A stretch of DNA of 57,513 nucleotides from Neocallimastix sp. 'constans' (lineage: Eukaryota): positions 496,001 to 553,513 of the forward strand of contig JBODTK010000108.1 in assembly GCA_050613775.1 (NCBI GenBank), in the 5' to 3' direction. The notes under the pieces are model-generated. The model did not search any database, was not told where the DNA came from, and was given only the letters and a program-made list of their open reading frames with translations. Shown here piece by piece: positions 1 to 13,439 of the stretch. Each line of letters starts with the position of its first letter. The first letter of the stretch is position 1. A program made the position numbers and the translations under genes.

Positions 1-165
1 ATCGTCAAATACATCTTTGGAATTTAGGAGAGGAATAAATTCATAAGAATTATTATTTTCTTTAGTATTATTACGACAATTATGATTACAACTATTATTT
101 AAATAATAAGATTTTGCTGCAGCTTCTGAGTTGCTTCCTATATCTCCTTGATAACCAACTTTCAT
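1..165 (-). CDS. pheA: Prephenate dehydratase, N-terminal part (gene runs off the left edge of the window)
   Basis: Manual translation from ATG at 165 (minus strand), open to base 1: MKVGYQGDIGSNSEAAAKSYYLNNSCNHNCRNNTKENNNSYEFIPLLNSKDVFDD. It matches the PDT N-terminal motif (K/R)V(A/G)YQGxxGxxSExAA and the later 'P..s..dVF' segment. Absent from the ORF track because it is truncated. Confidence 0.8.
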   Translation of the reverse strand, partial: MKVGYQGDIGSNSEAAAKSYYLNNSCNHNCRNNTKENNNSYEFIPLLNSKDVFDD

Positions 166-193
166 ATTTTTTTTTTGTTTTATTATTATTATA

Positions 194-235
<42 letters not shown>

Positions 236-480
236 TAATTTTTTTGAATTTATATAAGTAATATATATATATATTTATATGTATTAAATAGATAAATAAA
301 TATATTAGTTTAATAGATAAAATAAATAAAAAATATTAAAAAGCTTTTTATTTTTATTTTTATTTTTATTTTTTTTTTTTATTTGTGTGTGTGTGTTTAA
401 AGCCAGCTTTTTTAATAGAATAAAAAAAAAAAAAAAAAAAAAAGTTAACTATTAAATAATTTAAGATATCAAAAAAAAAA

Positions 481-517
<37 letters not shown>

Positions 518-684
518 AGATATTAAATTATATATAGCATATATATTATTTATTTTTAATTAATTATTAATAACTATTAATTATTTATTAAATAATAGAA
601 TTAATATAAAAAATAGAATGGTATAAAAAAAAAAAAAAAAATTAAAAAAAAAAAAAATTTTTTTTTATTCTTTTTATATACCAA

Positions 685-717
<33 letters not shown>

Positions 718-2824
718 TTATTTTTCATATAAGTGCTTCAGAAATTAAAATTATTTTATAATTTTAATTTAAAAATGTAAAATAAAATAAAAAAAAAATA
801 AAAATAAAAATAAATTTAAAACGAAACGAAGCGAAAAGAAACAAAACAAAATAAAATAAATAAAAAAAAAAAAATAACAAAATTAAATACAATAAATAGT
901 GTTATAAATGTGAATTATTTATTATAAATTATTTATATTTTTCAAAAAATAAAAAGAAAAAAAATAAGAATAAGAATAGGAATAAGAGTAAAAATAGGAA
1001 TAAAAATAAAAATAAAAATAAAAATAAAAATAAAAATAAGAATTAATTGGTAAAAAAAATAATAGTAAATTAAGTATATATATATTATATAAATGGATTT
1101 TGAAGAATTTCTAAATTCTTTTTTAAAAGATATAACTAATGATAATTATGACTGCTTAAATCAGATAGATCATTTTAAAGAATTAATAGAAAAGAACTTT
1201 GGAGAAAAAGGTGATGAAGAAAATATAGTTACATTCATAAACAATTTGACTGAAATCATCGTTCAAAAACAAAATGATTTTAAATTAATTGAATCCATTT
1301 TAAATAAGGAATTGTTTAGTCGAGTGCTTAGTAAATTCAAAGAAAGTCATGTGTTGATAGAAGTTTGTAAAAATGGTAATGAAGAAGCCGCAAAGTGGCT
1401 TCTAACTTTGGATATAAATACCTGTACTCAGGATGAAAAAGGTATGACAGCATTAATGTATGCTGTGAAGCATGATGAATTATTATCCTTTGTTGAAACA
1501 TTATTAGATAGAGGGGATGATAGTATTAATATGGAAGACGGTAATGGTGAAACGGCCTTATTTCATTGTATATATAATATGGAAATTTTAAATAAGGTTG
1601 CCAATAGTCCCGTTGTCGATATTAACCATTTAAATAAAAATGAGGATAATGTTCTTCTTTATTGTTGTAAACAAGATATTTTAGAACCAATAAAAATATT
1701 GGCTTACAGTAAAATTGATGTCAATAAAATTGATAGTGAGGGTAAAATGGCATCCATGTATTTAGTGGATCATGGTAGATATCATGAAATTGAATTAATT
1801 GCCGGTAGTAAAACAGATTTTGACTATAGAACTAAAAATGATGAAACGGTATTATCCATACTGATAAAAAACATCTATAAATTAAATGGTACTGATGATC
1901 CCAATGCCATTATTCCCTACATTAAAATATTTATGATTCTGGTACAGATGGATTGTAATTTTAATATTTCAATTGATGAGGAAGGAAATACTCCCTTAAT
2001 GTTTTTCATTATGATTAAAGATTTTTGTAGTGTAGGCTATCTCATGACTTTCAGTCGAAGTTTGAATGTATCTATGAAAAATAAATTAGGGGAAACGGCG
2101 TTTTCCTACAGTTTAAAAATTGAACCATCCAGTAAAATTAATAAAATCAATAAGGATTTAATTGAACGAATTATGCGACATAAATCTTTTAATTTTGAAT
2201 ATTATGATAAGCATCATAATAATTTATTAATGAATTATATTGCAAATAATAATCATGATATGATTCAAGAGATATTGAATCACTATCCCAAATTTGTGGA
2301 TGAGGTTAATTATAAAAATGAAAATGCCATAATTATTGCTACTAAATTATATAATGTTAGTGCCTTACGAATGTTACTTCCATTGGGACCAAATTTAGAT
2401 CAACAAGATAATATGGGAAATACGGCTCTTCATTATGCCGTTAATTTTAATAATTCCTATAGTGTTAAAGATTTGGTTAATGCTGGGGCGAATATTAATA
2501 TTAAAAATAATGAGGGAAAAACTCCATTAGATTTAGCCATTAATAATAATAATAAATCGATTATTGAACTTTTGAATCAATCCAATCCAGTGATAGAAAA
2601 TGAAAATGAAATGAAAAAAAGGAATAATAAGAAAAAAGGTGGTCTCCTTTCGATGATAAAGAAATCAATGAAAAAAAATGATAAGAATAATTTAGATGTT
2701 GGTGTATATCATTTAACGTATAGTGAACGTCGAAATATTATTTCCTTTGAATTAACCGATAATAAACCAAAATATACCCCATTAGAACCATATAAAGAAA
2801 TATTTGAAGTAGTGAAAAGTGTAT

Positions 2825-4355
<1,531 letters not shown>

Positions 4356-4460
4356 AACGGAAACGGGCAAAAATTCCCACAAACGATTCTGTTTAGCGAG
4401 CCACAATGAATCATGTATTCAGTAATGATGGATTTTTCTATTACGAAAAAATCAAATAAT

Positions 4461-4493
<33 letters not shown>

Positions 4494-4508
4494 ATATTAG
4501 TTTAATTT

Positions 4509-4554
<46 letters not shown>

Positions 4555-5059
4555 TTTTTTATTTTTGTTTTTATTTTTATTTTTTTTATTTTTAATTTTT
4601 TTAATTAATAATATTACTATATGAAATGGTTCTATTGATCACATTATATTTATAGAATGCTCTCTCTTTTTTTTTTTTAAAAATATTTTATAATGTATAT
4701 ATTTTTTAAAACAATATAGAAAGATGATAATAACAATGATAAAAAAAAAAGAAAAAGAAAAAGAAAAAGAAAAATAAAAATGAACATCAATGAATATAGA
4801 ATCAAGTATTATATAATTGATATAGATATATATACTATTTCTATTTATATATTATTTAATTATTTTTTTATTTTTTTTATTTTTTTTGTTTATATATATA
4901 TATATATATATTATTATTATTATTATTATTATAATAAAAATAATTATTTAAATAAACTATCTTGAATATATATATATTATTATTATTTTTATTATTAATA
5001 TGAAGATTTTTTCTTTTAATAATTTTAGATTTAAATTAAAATCAATAAATAAAAATATA

Positions 5060-5329
5060 GTATTATTCCATACATTAAAAATATAATTGTTATTTTTTGT
5101 GCAAATAAATTGTAATTTTAATATTTATTATTTAACAAAGAAGATAATACTCAATTAATGCCTTTCATTGTGATTATGATCAAAGATATTTGTATTATTC
5201 ATTATATTGTATCCTTTTGTTGAAATCTTGATGTTTCCATAAAGAATAAAAGAGGGGGAGAGTGCATTTTCACTCAGTTTAAAAATTATAAAAAATCATG
5301 GTTTAATAAAAATTTTAATGAATCATTAA

Positions 5330-5381
<52 letters not shown>

Positions 5382-5845
5382 ATTCCAATGATAACAACTT
5401 ATTAATGCTTTATTCCATTGTGAATAATAATGAAATTATTAATATATATATATATATTTATATATATTTTAACTAAAAATATTAGATTTCTTAGCCATAT
5501 TAATAATAATAATAATAATAATAAAAATGAATTAACACACAAGATTTCAAAAATTAAAGAGATTGTTGACATCTTATTGGATTATGATGTCAACAAAAAT
5601 TAACAAGATTATCTTGGGAATATAGTAATTCATTGTGTCATACAAACGGATTGTAAACCTTTTTAAAAAAGTTTTAGCCTCTACCAAACGCTGGTGTAAA
5701 TTTTTAAAGAATAAGGAAGGGAAATCCGTATTAGATTTATTTTTTTTTGCAAATGAGTTTAATGATAATAAAATTTTAAATGTATATTAAGTCATCCTAT
5801 AGCCTATGAAATTTTAAATATATTAAATCATCCTATAACCTTTTA
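5060..5845 (+). pseudogene. Decayed ankyrin-repeat paralog
   Basis: Colinear remnants of the flanking genes: IPYIK..VQINCNFNI, KEDNTQLMPFIVIMIKDICIIHYIV (cf. EEGNTPLMFFIMIKDFCSVGYL), SIKNKRG-ESAFSLSLKI, DSNDNNLLM, KEIVDILLDYDVNKN*QDYLGNIVIHCV (cf. NQQDNLGNTALYYA), KNKEGKSVLDL, EILNILNHP. Stops, frameshifts and a poly(T) expansion disrupt it. Confidence 0.85.
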
Positions 5846-7387
5846 TAAAAATGGTAAACTTAAAAAAAAAAAAAAAAAGTAAACTATTTTAATTGGAAAC
5901 AATTAAATGAATAAATAGTTGCAACAGTTACAGTAGTAATAGTAGCTTTAGTAGCGTAAATAGTTAAAATAATAAAAAATAGTAATAATGATAATTATAT
6001 TAAATATATTATTAAAATGAATGAATCCAATAAAAATTATTGATTTTGATATTAATTAAAAGGAAAATACAGATAAGCCACTCAAAAAATATTGATAAAA
6101 TTAATAAAATTGAATATAGAAAAACTATGATTATGTGGTAACTATTAAATCAGCCATATTACATCAAACCATCATTGGATTTTTATTAGATGCCAAGTAA
6201 AAAACTTTTTAGTGGTTTTTTTTTTTTTTTTTTTTTTAAATTTATTATTAATTATTTAATATATATGTTATGATATCTAAATTAAAATATAATCTAAAGA
6301 AAAATAAAATTATTTTATACAATTATACCTCCATATATAATTTTATTAATTCATAAATGTATTTGATATATTTATAATAATATGAATATTAAATAAGGTT
6401 TCATCAGCGAGTAACCGTTTCAAAATACTTAATAATAATAAAATTTTATTTAGTAAATGAAGAAAGTGAAAATTAGATTATCAAATCAAATTGTGGGAAA
6501 CTAGACTAACCTAGAAAAAAAAGTTGGCTAAATTAGTTGGTTAAATTTATATTTAATATTGAATAAATCATAAGTTGAATTAACAAAGATTAAAACAAAT
6601 ATGTGAGATATGAAAACATAAATATTAACCAAATATAAAATAAAAAGTATTAGAATTTTTAAAAAAATTATTATTATTATTATTATTAATAGTTAAATAA
6701 TTAAATTTTTTATTTAATATTAATTTTATAAAGTTGCTTTTTCTCTTAAAAAAATATTAATAAGTATTTCTCCAAAATATTTAATTCATCTAATTTTTAT
6801 TTAAAAAAAAAACACATAAAATTTATTTTTTTATGTAAATATTTCGTAAAACTACTTGTAATTCATAATAAACATTACCACTACCACCTACTACTGCTAG
6901 TATTAATAATAGGTAATTAATTATTGATAAAGGAATATTTTTAAAATAAAGAAAATATATTTAATATGTATATTTTAATATCTATTTAATATAGTATCAC
7001 AAATTACGATATTAAATTAATATATATAAATTAGAAATGATATTAAAATTAAATCCATTATTTATTTATATTAAACTGACTATATGTGAAAAGTATAAAT
7101 AGTAATAAATTTTATTTACTATTTATTATTGGTTAAAAAGGTTTTTTAAAAATTATTTCATTTAATATAAAATATTAATATAAAATAATAATAAATAAGA
7201 TAATAATATTAAATAGATACAATAACAATTTTTTTTTTTTTTTTTTTATTTTTTTTTATTTTTAAAAAGCATATAATAATTAAATGAATAAATATCAAAT
7301 AATTAAATATTAATAAAATTAATAATTAAATAATAAATAAATAGGTAAATAATAAATAAATAGGTAAATAATAAATAAATATATAGA

Positions 7388-7454
<67 letters not shown>

Positions 7455-7476
7455 GATATATACAATATTAACTTTA

Positions 7477-9309
7477 ATGAATTACGAAGACTTTGAAAAA
7501 AATCTATTTGATAATTTAAGAAATTCAAATGAAAATGAATGCATTGATATAATTGAAAATAATAAAAACAATATTGAAAATTATTTTTCTGAAGGAGATA
7601 ATCTAAATTATACAAAAAAGTTTTCAGAACAACTTTATAACGTAATTTTTCAAGACGGAAATAATAATAATCTAAATAATAATAATCTAAAAATAATCGA
7701 TAAAATTTTAAAGGATGACTTATTTAAAAATGTTCTTTTACATTTAAGAGAAAGTGATATATTTATAAGGGCATGTATTAATTGCGATGAAAATATTTTA
7801 AATTGGCTTTTAACTTTGGAAATTAATCCTTTCATTGAAGATAAGAATGGTATGACAGTTCTAATGCATGCTGTGAAAAACGAAGAATTATTATTTGTTG
7901 TAAAATATTTACTAAATCAATATGGTGATTATGATAATTTATTAAATAAAGAGGATATTAATGGTGAAACTGTATTATTCCATGCCATTGATAATTTAAG
8001 AGCACTAAAGTTGTTAGTGAAAACAAAAATTGACATTAATCACTTAAATAAAAATCATGAAAGTGTTCTTTTATACTGCAGTAAAAATGATAAACGTTAT
8101 GCTATACCGATACTATTAGAAAATGAAGATATAGATACAAATATAATTGATAATGAAGGAAGAACAGCAGCGTTTTATTTAATTGAACAAGGGAATTTTA
8201 GACAACTTTCTACCTTACGAAATGTTAATTATGATTATGTCAATAAAAAAACCAATGAAACTGCATTGTCAATATTAATAAAGAAAATCGACCAAGCTAG
8301 AAATCACGAATCTCCAAATTATATTATATCTTATATTGAAATAATAAAAATTTTAGTGAAAAATAAAGCCAATTTTAATATAGCTATTGATGAAGAAGGA
8401 AATACCCCATTAATGTATTTTGTAATGGTGAAGGATTTTTGTTCCGTTTATTATCTAATAAAAAACTATAAAAATGAATTAGATTATAATATAAAAAACA
8501 AAAAAGGTCAATATTTTTTTTCATTAATGCTAGATGATAATGATACTAATAGAATTAATTACATTTTAAAAAAACAAAATAAATTAGATTATCATGATAA
8601 GTATGGTAATAATTTACTCATATATTGTATTCTCTTGGATAATCTAACGATATTTGAAACGCTTCTTCGAAGAAGGGATGATTTAATTAATGAAGTTAAT
8701 GATAAATGTGAAAATGCCTTAATTATTGCTTCTAAATTAGGGAAGAGAAAGATGGTTCAAGCATTACTTTTGAAGAATTCTGAACTTAATCAACAAGATA
8801 ATTTAGGTAATACTGCTCTTTACTACGCCATTAATATTAATGATGATTATATTGTAAATTATTTAGCTTTTTTAAAAGCAGATCTCAATATTAAAAATAA
8901 TAAGGGTGTATCTGCAATGGATTTAGCAAAAGAATTAAATAATGAAACCATATTAAAAATTTTAGATCATCCTAAATCTCCCTATAATTATAAACCATCA
9001 TCTTCAAAATTAAAATCAAAAAAATTTAAATCTAATAAAAATAAACCAGAGGATATGATTGAACATATCACTAACATTAATAAATATAAAAGTATGGCTA
9101 GTTTCTCCTTGGAAAAGCCAGATAATTTATATTTGCCTTTCCCTACTGACAGACCTATTATGAAAAAGATATTTGATACCTATGATTACTATCAAAAGGA
9201 TGAAAAAGTATATAAATTTACTAATCCGGGTAAAAAAGAATTAGAATTACCAGAAGTTTTTTTTAATGTTTTTAGAATTGTAGGTGCTTTAACGTCATTT
9301 ATTTTTTAA
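7477..9309 (+). CDS. Ankyrin-repeat protein, 610 aa, full-length paralog of 1093-2964
   Basis: Ankyrin motifs DKNGMTVLMHAV, DINGETVLFHA, DEEGNTPLMYF, DNLGNTALYYA; colinear with the first gene along its whole length. Confidence 0.93.
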   Translation: MNYEDFEKNLFDNLRNSNENECIDIIENNKNNIENYFSEGDNLNYTKKFSEQLYNVIFQDGNNNNLNNNNLKIIDKILKDDLFKNVLLHLRESDIFIRACINCDENILNWLLTLEINPFIEDKNGMTVLMHAVKNEELLFVVKYLLNQYGDYDNLLNKEDINGETVLFHAIDNLRALKLLVKTKIDINHLNKNHESVLLYCSKNDKRYAIPILLENEDIDTNIIDNEGRTAAFYLIEQGNFRQLSTLRNVNYDYVNKKTNETALSILIKKIDQARNHESPNYIISYIEIIKILVKNKANFNIAIDEEGNTPLMYFVMVKDFCSVYYLIKNYKNELDYNIKNKKGQYFFSLMLDDNDTNRINYILKKQNKLDYHDKYGNNLLIYCILLDNLTIFETLLRRRDDLINEVNDKCENALIIASKLGKRKMVQALLLKNSELNQQDNLGNTALYYAININDDYIVNYLAFLKADLNIKNNKGVSAMDLAKELNNETILKILDHPKSPYNYKPSSSKLKSKKFKSNKNKPEDMIEHITNINKYKSMASFSLEKPDNLYLPFPTDRPIMKKIFDTYDYYQKDEKVYKFTNPGKKELELPEVFFNVFRIVGALTSFIF

Positions 9310-9456
9310 AAAATTTCTAAATATAAATAAAAATATAAATAAAAATATAAATAAAAATATAAATATAACTATAAAAAATTTATAAAATATAAAAAATAGA
9401 AAATAAAATAAATAAAATAAAATAAAATAAAATAAAATAAAATAAAAATAATAATA

Positions 9457-9502
<46 letters not shown>

Positions 9503-9856
9503 TCTAATATCACCTAAATATAATATTATAAATTAGTATTACAAACGAAAAAAAAAAAAATAAAACATAAATGCATGTATATATGACTAAAGAATAAAAT
9601 AATAAATTATAATAATAATAATTATAATTATAATAAAAATAAGGAATCTTAAATACAATAAATATAATTGAATAAATGTTTTTTTTTTTTTTTTTTGCTT
9701 TTTTGTTTTTTTTGTTTTTTTGTTTTTTGTTTTTTGTTTTTTTGTTTTGTTTTGTTTGTTTGTTTGTTTAAGAGAAAATTTCCAAAAATGTGATGGACAT
9801 TCTGTCCTAATGTTTTATTAGATTGATTAATATTTATAATAATAAAAATAATAGTA

Positions 9857-9894
<38 letters not shown>

Positions 9895-10093
9895 AAATGT
9901 ATATAAATTGGTTTTATAAAGTAGGTTTCTTTAATGAATAATAAAAAAAATTGTTGGTTAATATTATAGGTCAATGTTTATCGTTAGTTTTAAATATAAA
10001 TTGATGAAAAAAAAAAAAAAAAAATAATAATAATAAAAAAAAATGATAATAAAAAATAAAAAAATAAAAATAAAGATTAAAAAGTAATAATAA

Positions 10094-10150
<57 letters not shown>

Positions 10151-10606
10151 AACAAGTATAAAAAAAATTATAACACTTAAAATCAAAATATATATTTTAT
10201 AATGTGTTTATTTATTTAATATAGTACTTTTAAATTAAGAAAGGTCAATTTCTTTATGCCATTACATTGTTATTTATAATCCTTTTTCTACAATAATCCA
10301 ACATTATTGGTAATATTAAACGATACACTGCTTAATACTTTCGAATAAAAATTATTTCACAATAAATAATGAAGTATAATGTACAGTGTAATTAAGCTCA
10401 TTACTGGGATATTTAATAATAATAATAATAATAACTAATAATAATGTATAGTTACCTTAATCTTTTTAACTTTAATATAAAATAACATAAAATACTAAAA
10501 GTAAATAAAATGGTTAAAAATTGCTTCTAATAATTAAAAAATTAATTTTTAAAGTTTTCTTTAATAAATTACAAAATCTGTCATAAAAAAAATATGTTTA
10601 TTTATC

Positions 10607-10648
10607 TAATAAAATTTTAACAGGCATAAGCCTGTTAAAATTTTATTA
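10607..10648. repeat. Perfect inverted repeat: 19-bp arms, 4-nt spacer
   Basis: taataaaattttaacaggc-ataa-gcctgttaaaattttatta; the arms are exact reverse complements. Confidence 0.9.
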
Positions 10649-11198
10649 TTTATTATTTATTATTTATTATTTATTATTTATTATTCCATTATTTATTATT
10701 CCATTATTTATTATTTATTATTTATTATTTATTAATTATTATTTATTAATTATTTATTTATTATTTATTATTTATTATTTATTATTTATTATTTATTATT
10801 TATTATTTATTATTTATTATTTATTATTTATTATTTATTATTTATTATTTATTATTTATTATTTATTATTTATTATTTATTATTTATTATTTATTATTTA
10901 TTATTTATTATTTATTATTTATTATTAATTATTTATTATTTATTATTTATTATTTATTATTTATTATTTATTATTTATTATTTATTATTTATTATTTATT
11001 ATTTATTATTTATTATTTATTATTTATTATTTATTTATTATTTATTATTTATTATTTATTATTTATTATTTATTATTTATTTATTATTCCATTATTTATT
11101 ATTTATTATTCCATTATTTATTATTTATTATTTATTATTCCATTAATTATTATTTATTATTTATTATTCCATTAATTATTATTTATTATTTATTATTA
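10645..11198. repeat. Heptamer satellite (TTTATTA)n with TTCCATTA variant units
   Basis: Direct reading of ~550 bp of tandem tttatta. Confidence 0.95.
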
Positions 11199-11214
11199 AA
11201 TGAACAATATTATG

Positions 11215-11884
11215 GGGGGAGGAGCATTTCGCAAAATTTCATTTCGGAAAGTTTCATTTCGGAAAATTTACATAAAAAGTTTCATTTCGCAAAATTTCAT
11301 TTCGGAAAAGTTTCATTTCGCAAAATTTTTAATAAATAAATAAATTAATAATAAAATAAATAAATAATATATAAAATTTAAATAAAAAACTAAATAAATA
11401 AAAATAAATATATAAAACTATAATAAATAAATAAATTTTAAAATTAAATTTTTAAAAAAAAAATATACATATATATATGGACATATATAAAATATACATT
11501 ATATAATAATAAATATTCATTAGAATTAACGCTTTAAAAAAATAAAATATTTTATCATATGTTTTAAACGTTTTATAATTTAAAATATATATAAGAATTT
11601 TATTTTATATATTTTTTTTTTTTATTTTATATTTTTATATTTTATATTTTATATTTTATATTTTTATATTTTATATTTTATATTTTATATTTTATATTTT
11701 ATATTTTTTTTTTATTTTTTATTTTTTATTTTATATTTTTTATTTTATATTTTATAATTCTTTTTTTTTTTTTATTTTTTTATTATTTATTTATTTATTT
11801 ATTTTATTATTTATTTATCTATTTATTAAAATTTTGCGAAATGAAACTTTTCCGAAATGAATTTTTGCGAAATGACACACACTC
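11215..11884. mobile_element. Non-autonomous DNA transposon (MITE), Mutator/MULE-like, 670 bp
   Basis: 9-bp direct repeat aatattatg at 11206-11214 and 11885-11893. Left end gggggaggag-catttcgcaaaatttcatttcggaaagtttcatttcg; reverse complement of the right end gagtgtgtgt-catttcgcaaaaattcatttcggaaaagtttcatttcgcaaaattt. G...C termini and a non-coding AT-rich interior. Confidence 0.88.
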
Positions 11885-12499
11885 AATATTATGTAATATA
11901 ATTAATAATTTTAAAATAAAACTTTTGACTATTAATTAAAATTATCTATTAAATAAAATTAAAAACTGTCATTATTATATAATAAATCAAATTGTACTTG
12001 ATTGACTTGTGTAACATCTATTTGTGGATATGTCAAAAAAAAATTTTTTTTTTATTTTTTTAATATATATTTCGTTTCCAAATGTATATAATTTTTATAG
12101 ATATATATATATATTTATTTTATTTATTTTCGGGGTGTACCTCCCTTTAGTCCCCTTCAAGGTATGAGAATATTAATAGTGTTACAATACATCGGTAAAC
12201 TATTACTAAGGCGGATATTGTCTCTGCTGGACGGGCCTTAGTGAGTGTTGTTCAGTATTAGCTCTCTGACATCCATATTATTGCTGAGAATTTTCTAGTA
12301 GGCTTTTTCTTTGAGTGCTTCTCCAGTTCCTAACTTCTAAATAGAGGATAATAAAATATAAAAATATAAAAAAATAAAAATAAAAATAAAAAAAAAAAGA
12401 CTGCTATTTTTCCTTTATCTTCTCATTTTAAGGAGGTAGTGTTTTTTTTTTTTTTTATTTTGGTAAATATAGAATTCTGGAATCACATAAAGCTCTAAT

Positions 12500-12695
12500 A
12501 TGTGATTCTATTAATATTGATGAAGATAAAAGTGTCATTATCTATCTAATAGAAGAAGGAAAATATGAACCCTACTTTAAAAAATTGAATTTTTTTGTGA
12601 CAAAGAAATTTAATTTCAATGTTTCTATTGATTATAAAGGAAATACTTTTTTGATAGTTTTTTTATTATAATTAATAATTTATGTACCGTTTACC
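12500..12695 (+). pseudogene. Small, internally deleted ankyrin-gene relic
   Basis: Translates as ..IDEDKSVIIYLIEEGKYE|PYFKKLNFFVTKKFNFNVSIDYKGNTFL.. (cf. DNEGRTAAFYLIEQGNF and PYIKIFMILVQMDCNFNISIDEEGNTPL). Confidence 0.7.
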
Positions 12696-12718
12696 AAATG
12701 ATATAACATAATGCATTA

Positions 12719-12960
12719 ATGGATTTATCTCTGAGGATTATTTATGGCGGTAGCGACTTTTTCCCTTGGTCTAAAACTTAAAAATAAGTATCTTATTGGC
12801 TACGTATTTCAACATGAAACCTTAAATTTTACAATGATACAGAGAGTTTGTGGAGAGTTTCACATGTTGCTGATATTCAAAGTTATTCCACCAAACAACA
12901 ACAACAAAAAAAAAAATCAAAATACAATTGAATTGGAAATGGGTTAATTTAACTATCCTT
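12719..12960 (+). mobile_element. Possible Ty1/copia gag N-terminal relic
   Basis: MDLSLRIIYGGSDFFPWSKT* then, after a frameshift, LKNKYLIGYV; resembles the copia gag 'G.ny..W....L..k.L.GYV' pattern. Weak. Confidence 0.3.
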
Positions 12961-13439
12961 ACAAACCATTTCCTAATCGAAACATTATTCATTTAATTGA
13001 AATAGATGTCTAAGAATTAGAAAATATTTATATCGATCAAATAAAAATTATCGGTTCCTTTCTAGAAACATTTATTTCAAATTATTGAAAACACCATGAT
13101 GTATTATATATTTTTTTATAACAAGTAGTGCTGTATTCATCTAAAAAAAAAAATTCATTTTCTTAAAACATGTTTTATTCTTTTTTTTTTTTCTTTATAA
13201 TACTATTAATTGCTTATACCAATTCCTAATAACAATAATAATTGAAAGAAAGAAAAAAATAATTATACTAATTCCTTTTTTTTTTTTTTTTTTTAATAAA
13301 ATATTTAATTTATGAATAGTAAATTCTAATTATAGTAATATATATATATATATATAATATTATATTTGTTTATTCATTATTTATATTCATCACTGATATT
13401 GTTATTATGATTGTATTTTACGTATTTCTATATCAAAAG

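Noticed and set aside
10645..11198. (TTTATTA)n as a telomeric repeat
   Set aside because: Internal location and no G-rich strand; treated as an ordinary satellite.
11225..11330. Short regularly repeated GC-containing units resembling a CRISPR or iteron array
   Set aside because: No unique spacers, eukaryotic context, and mirrored at 11831-11874, so these are MITE subterminal repeats.
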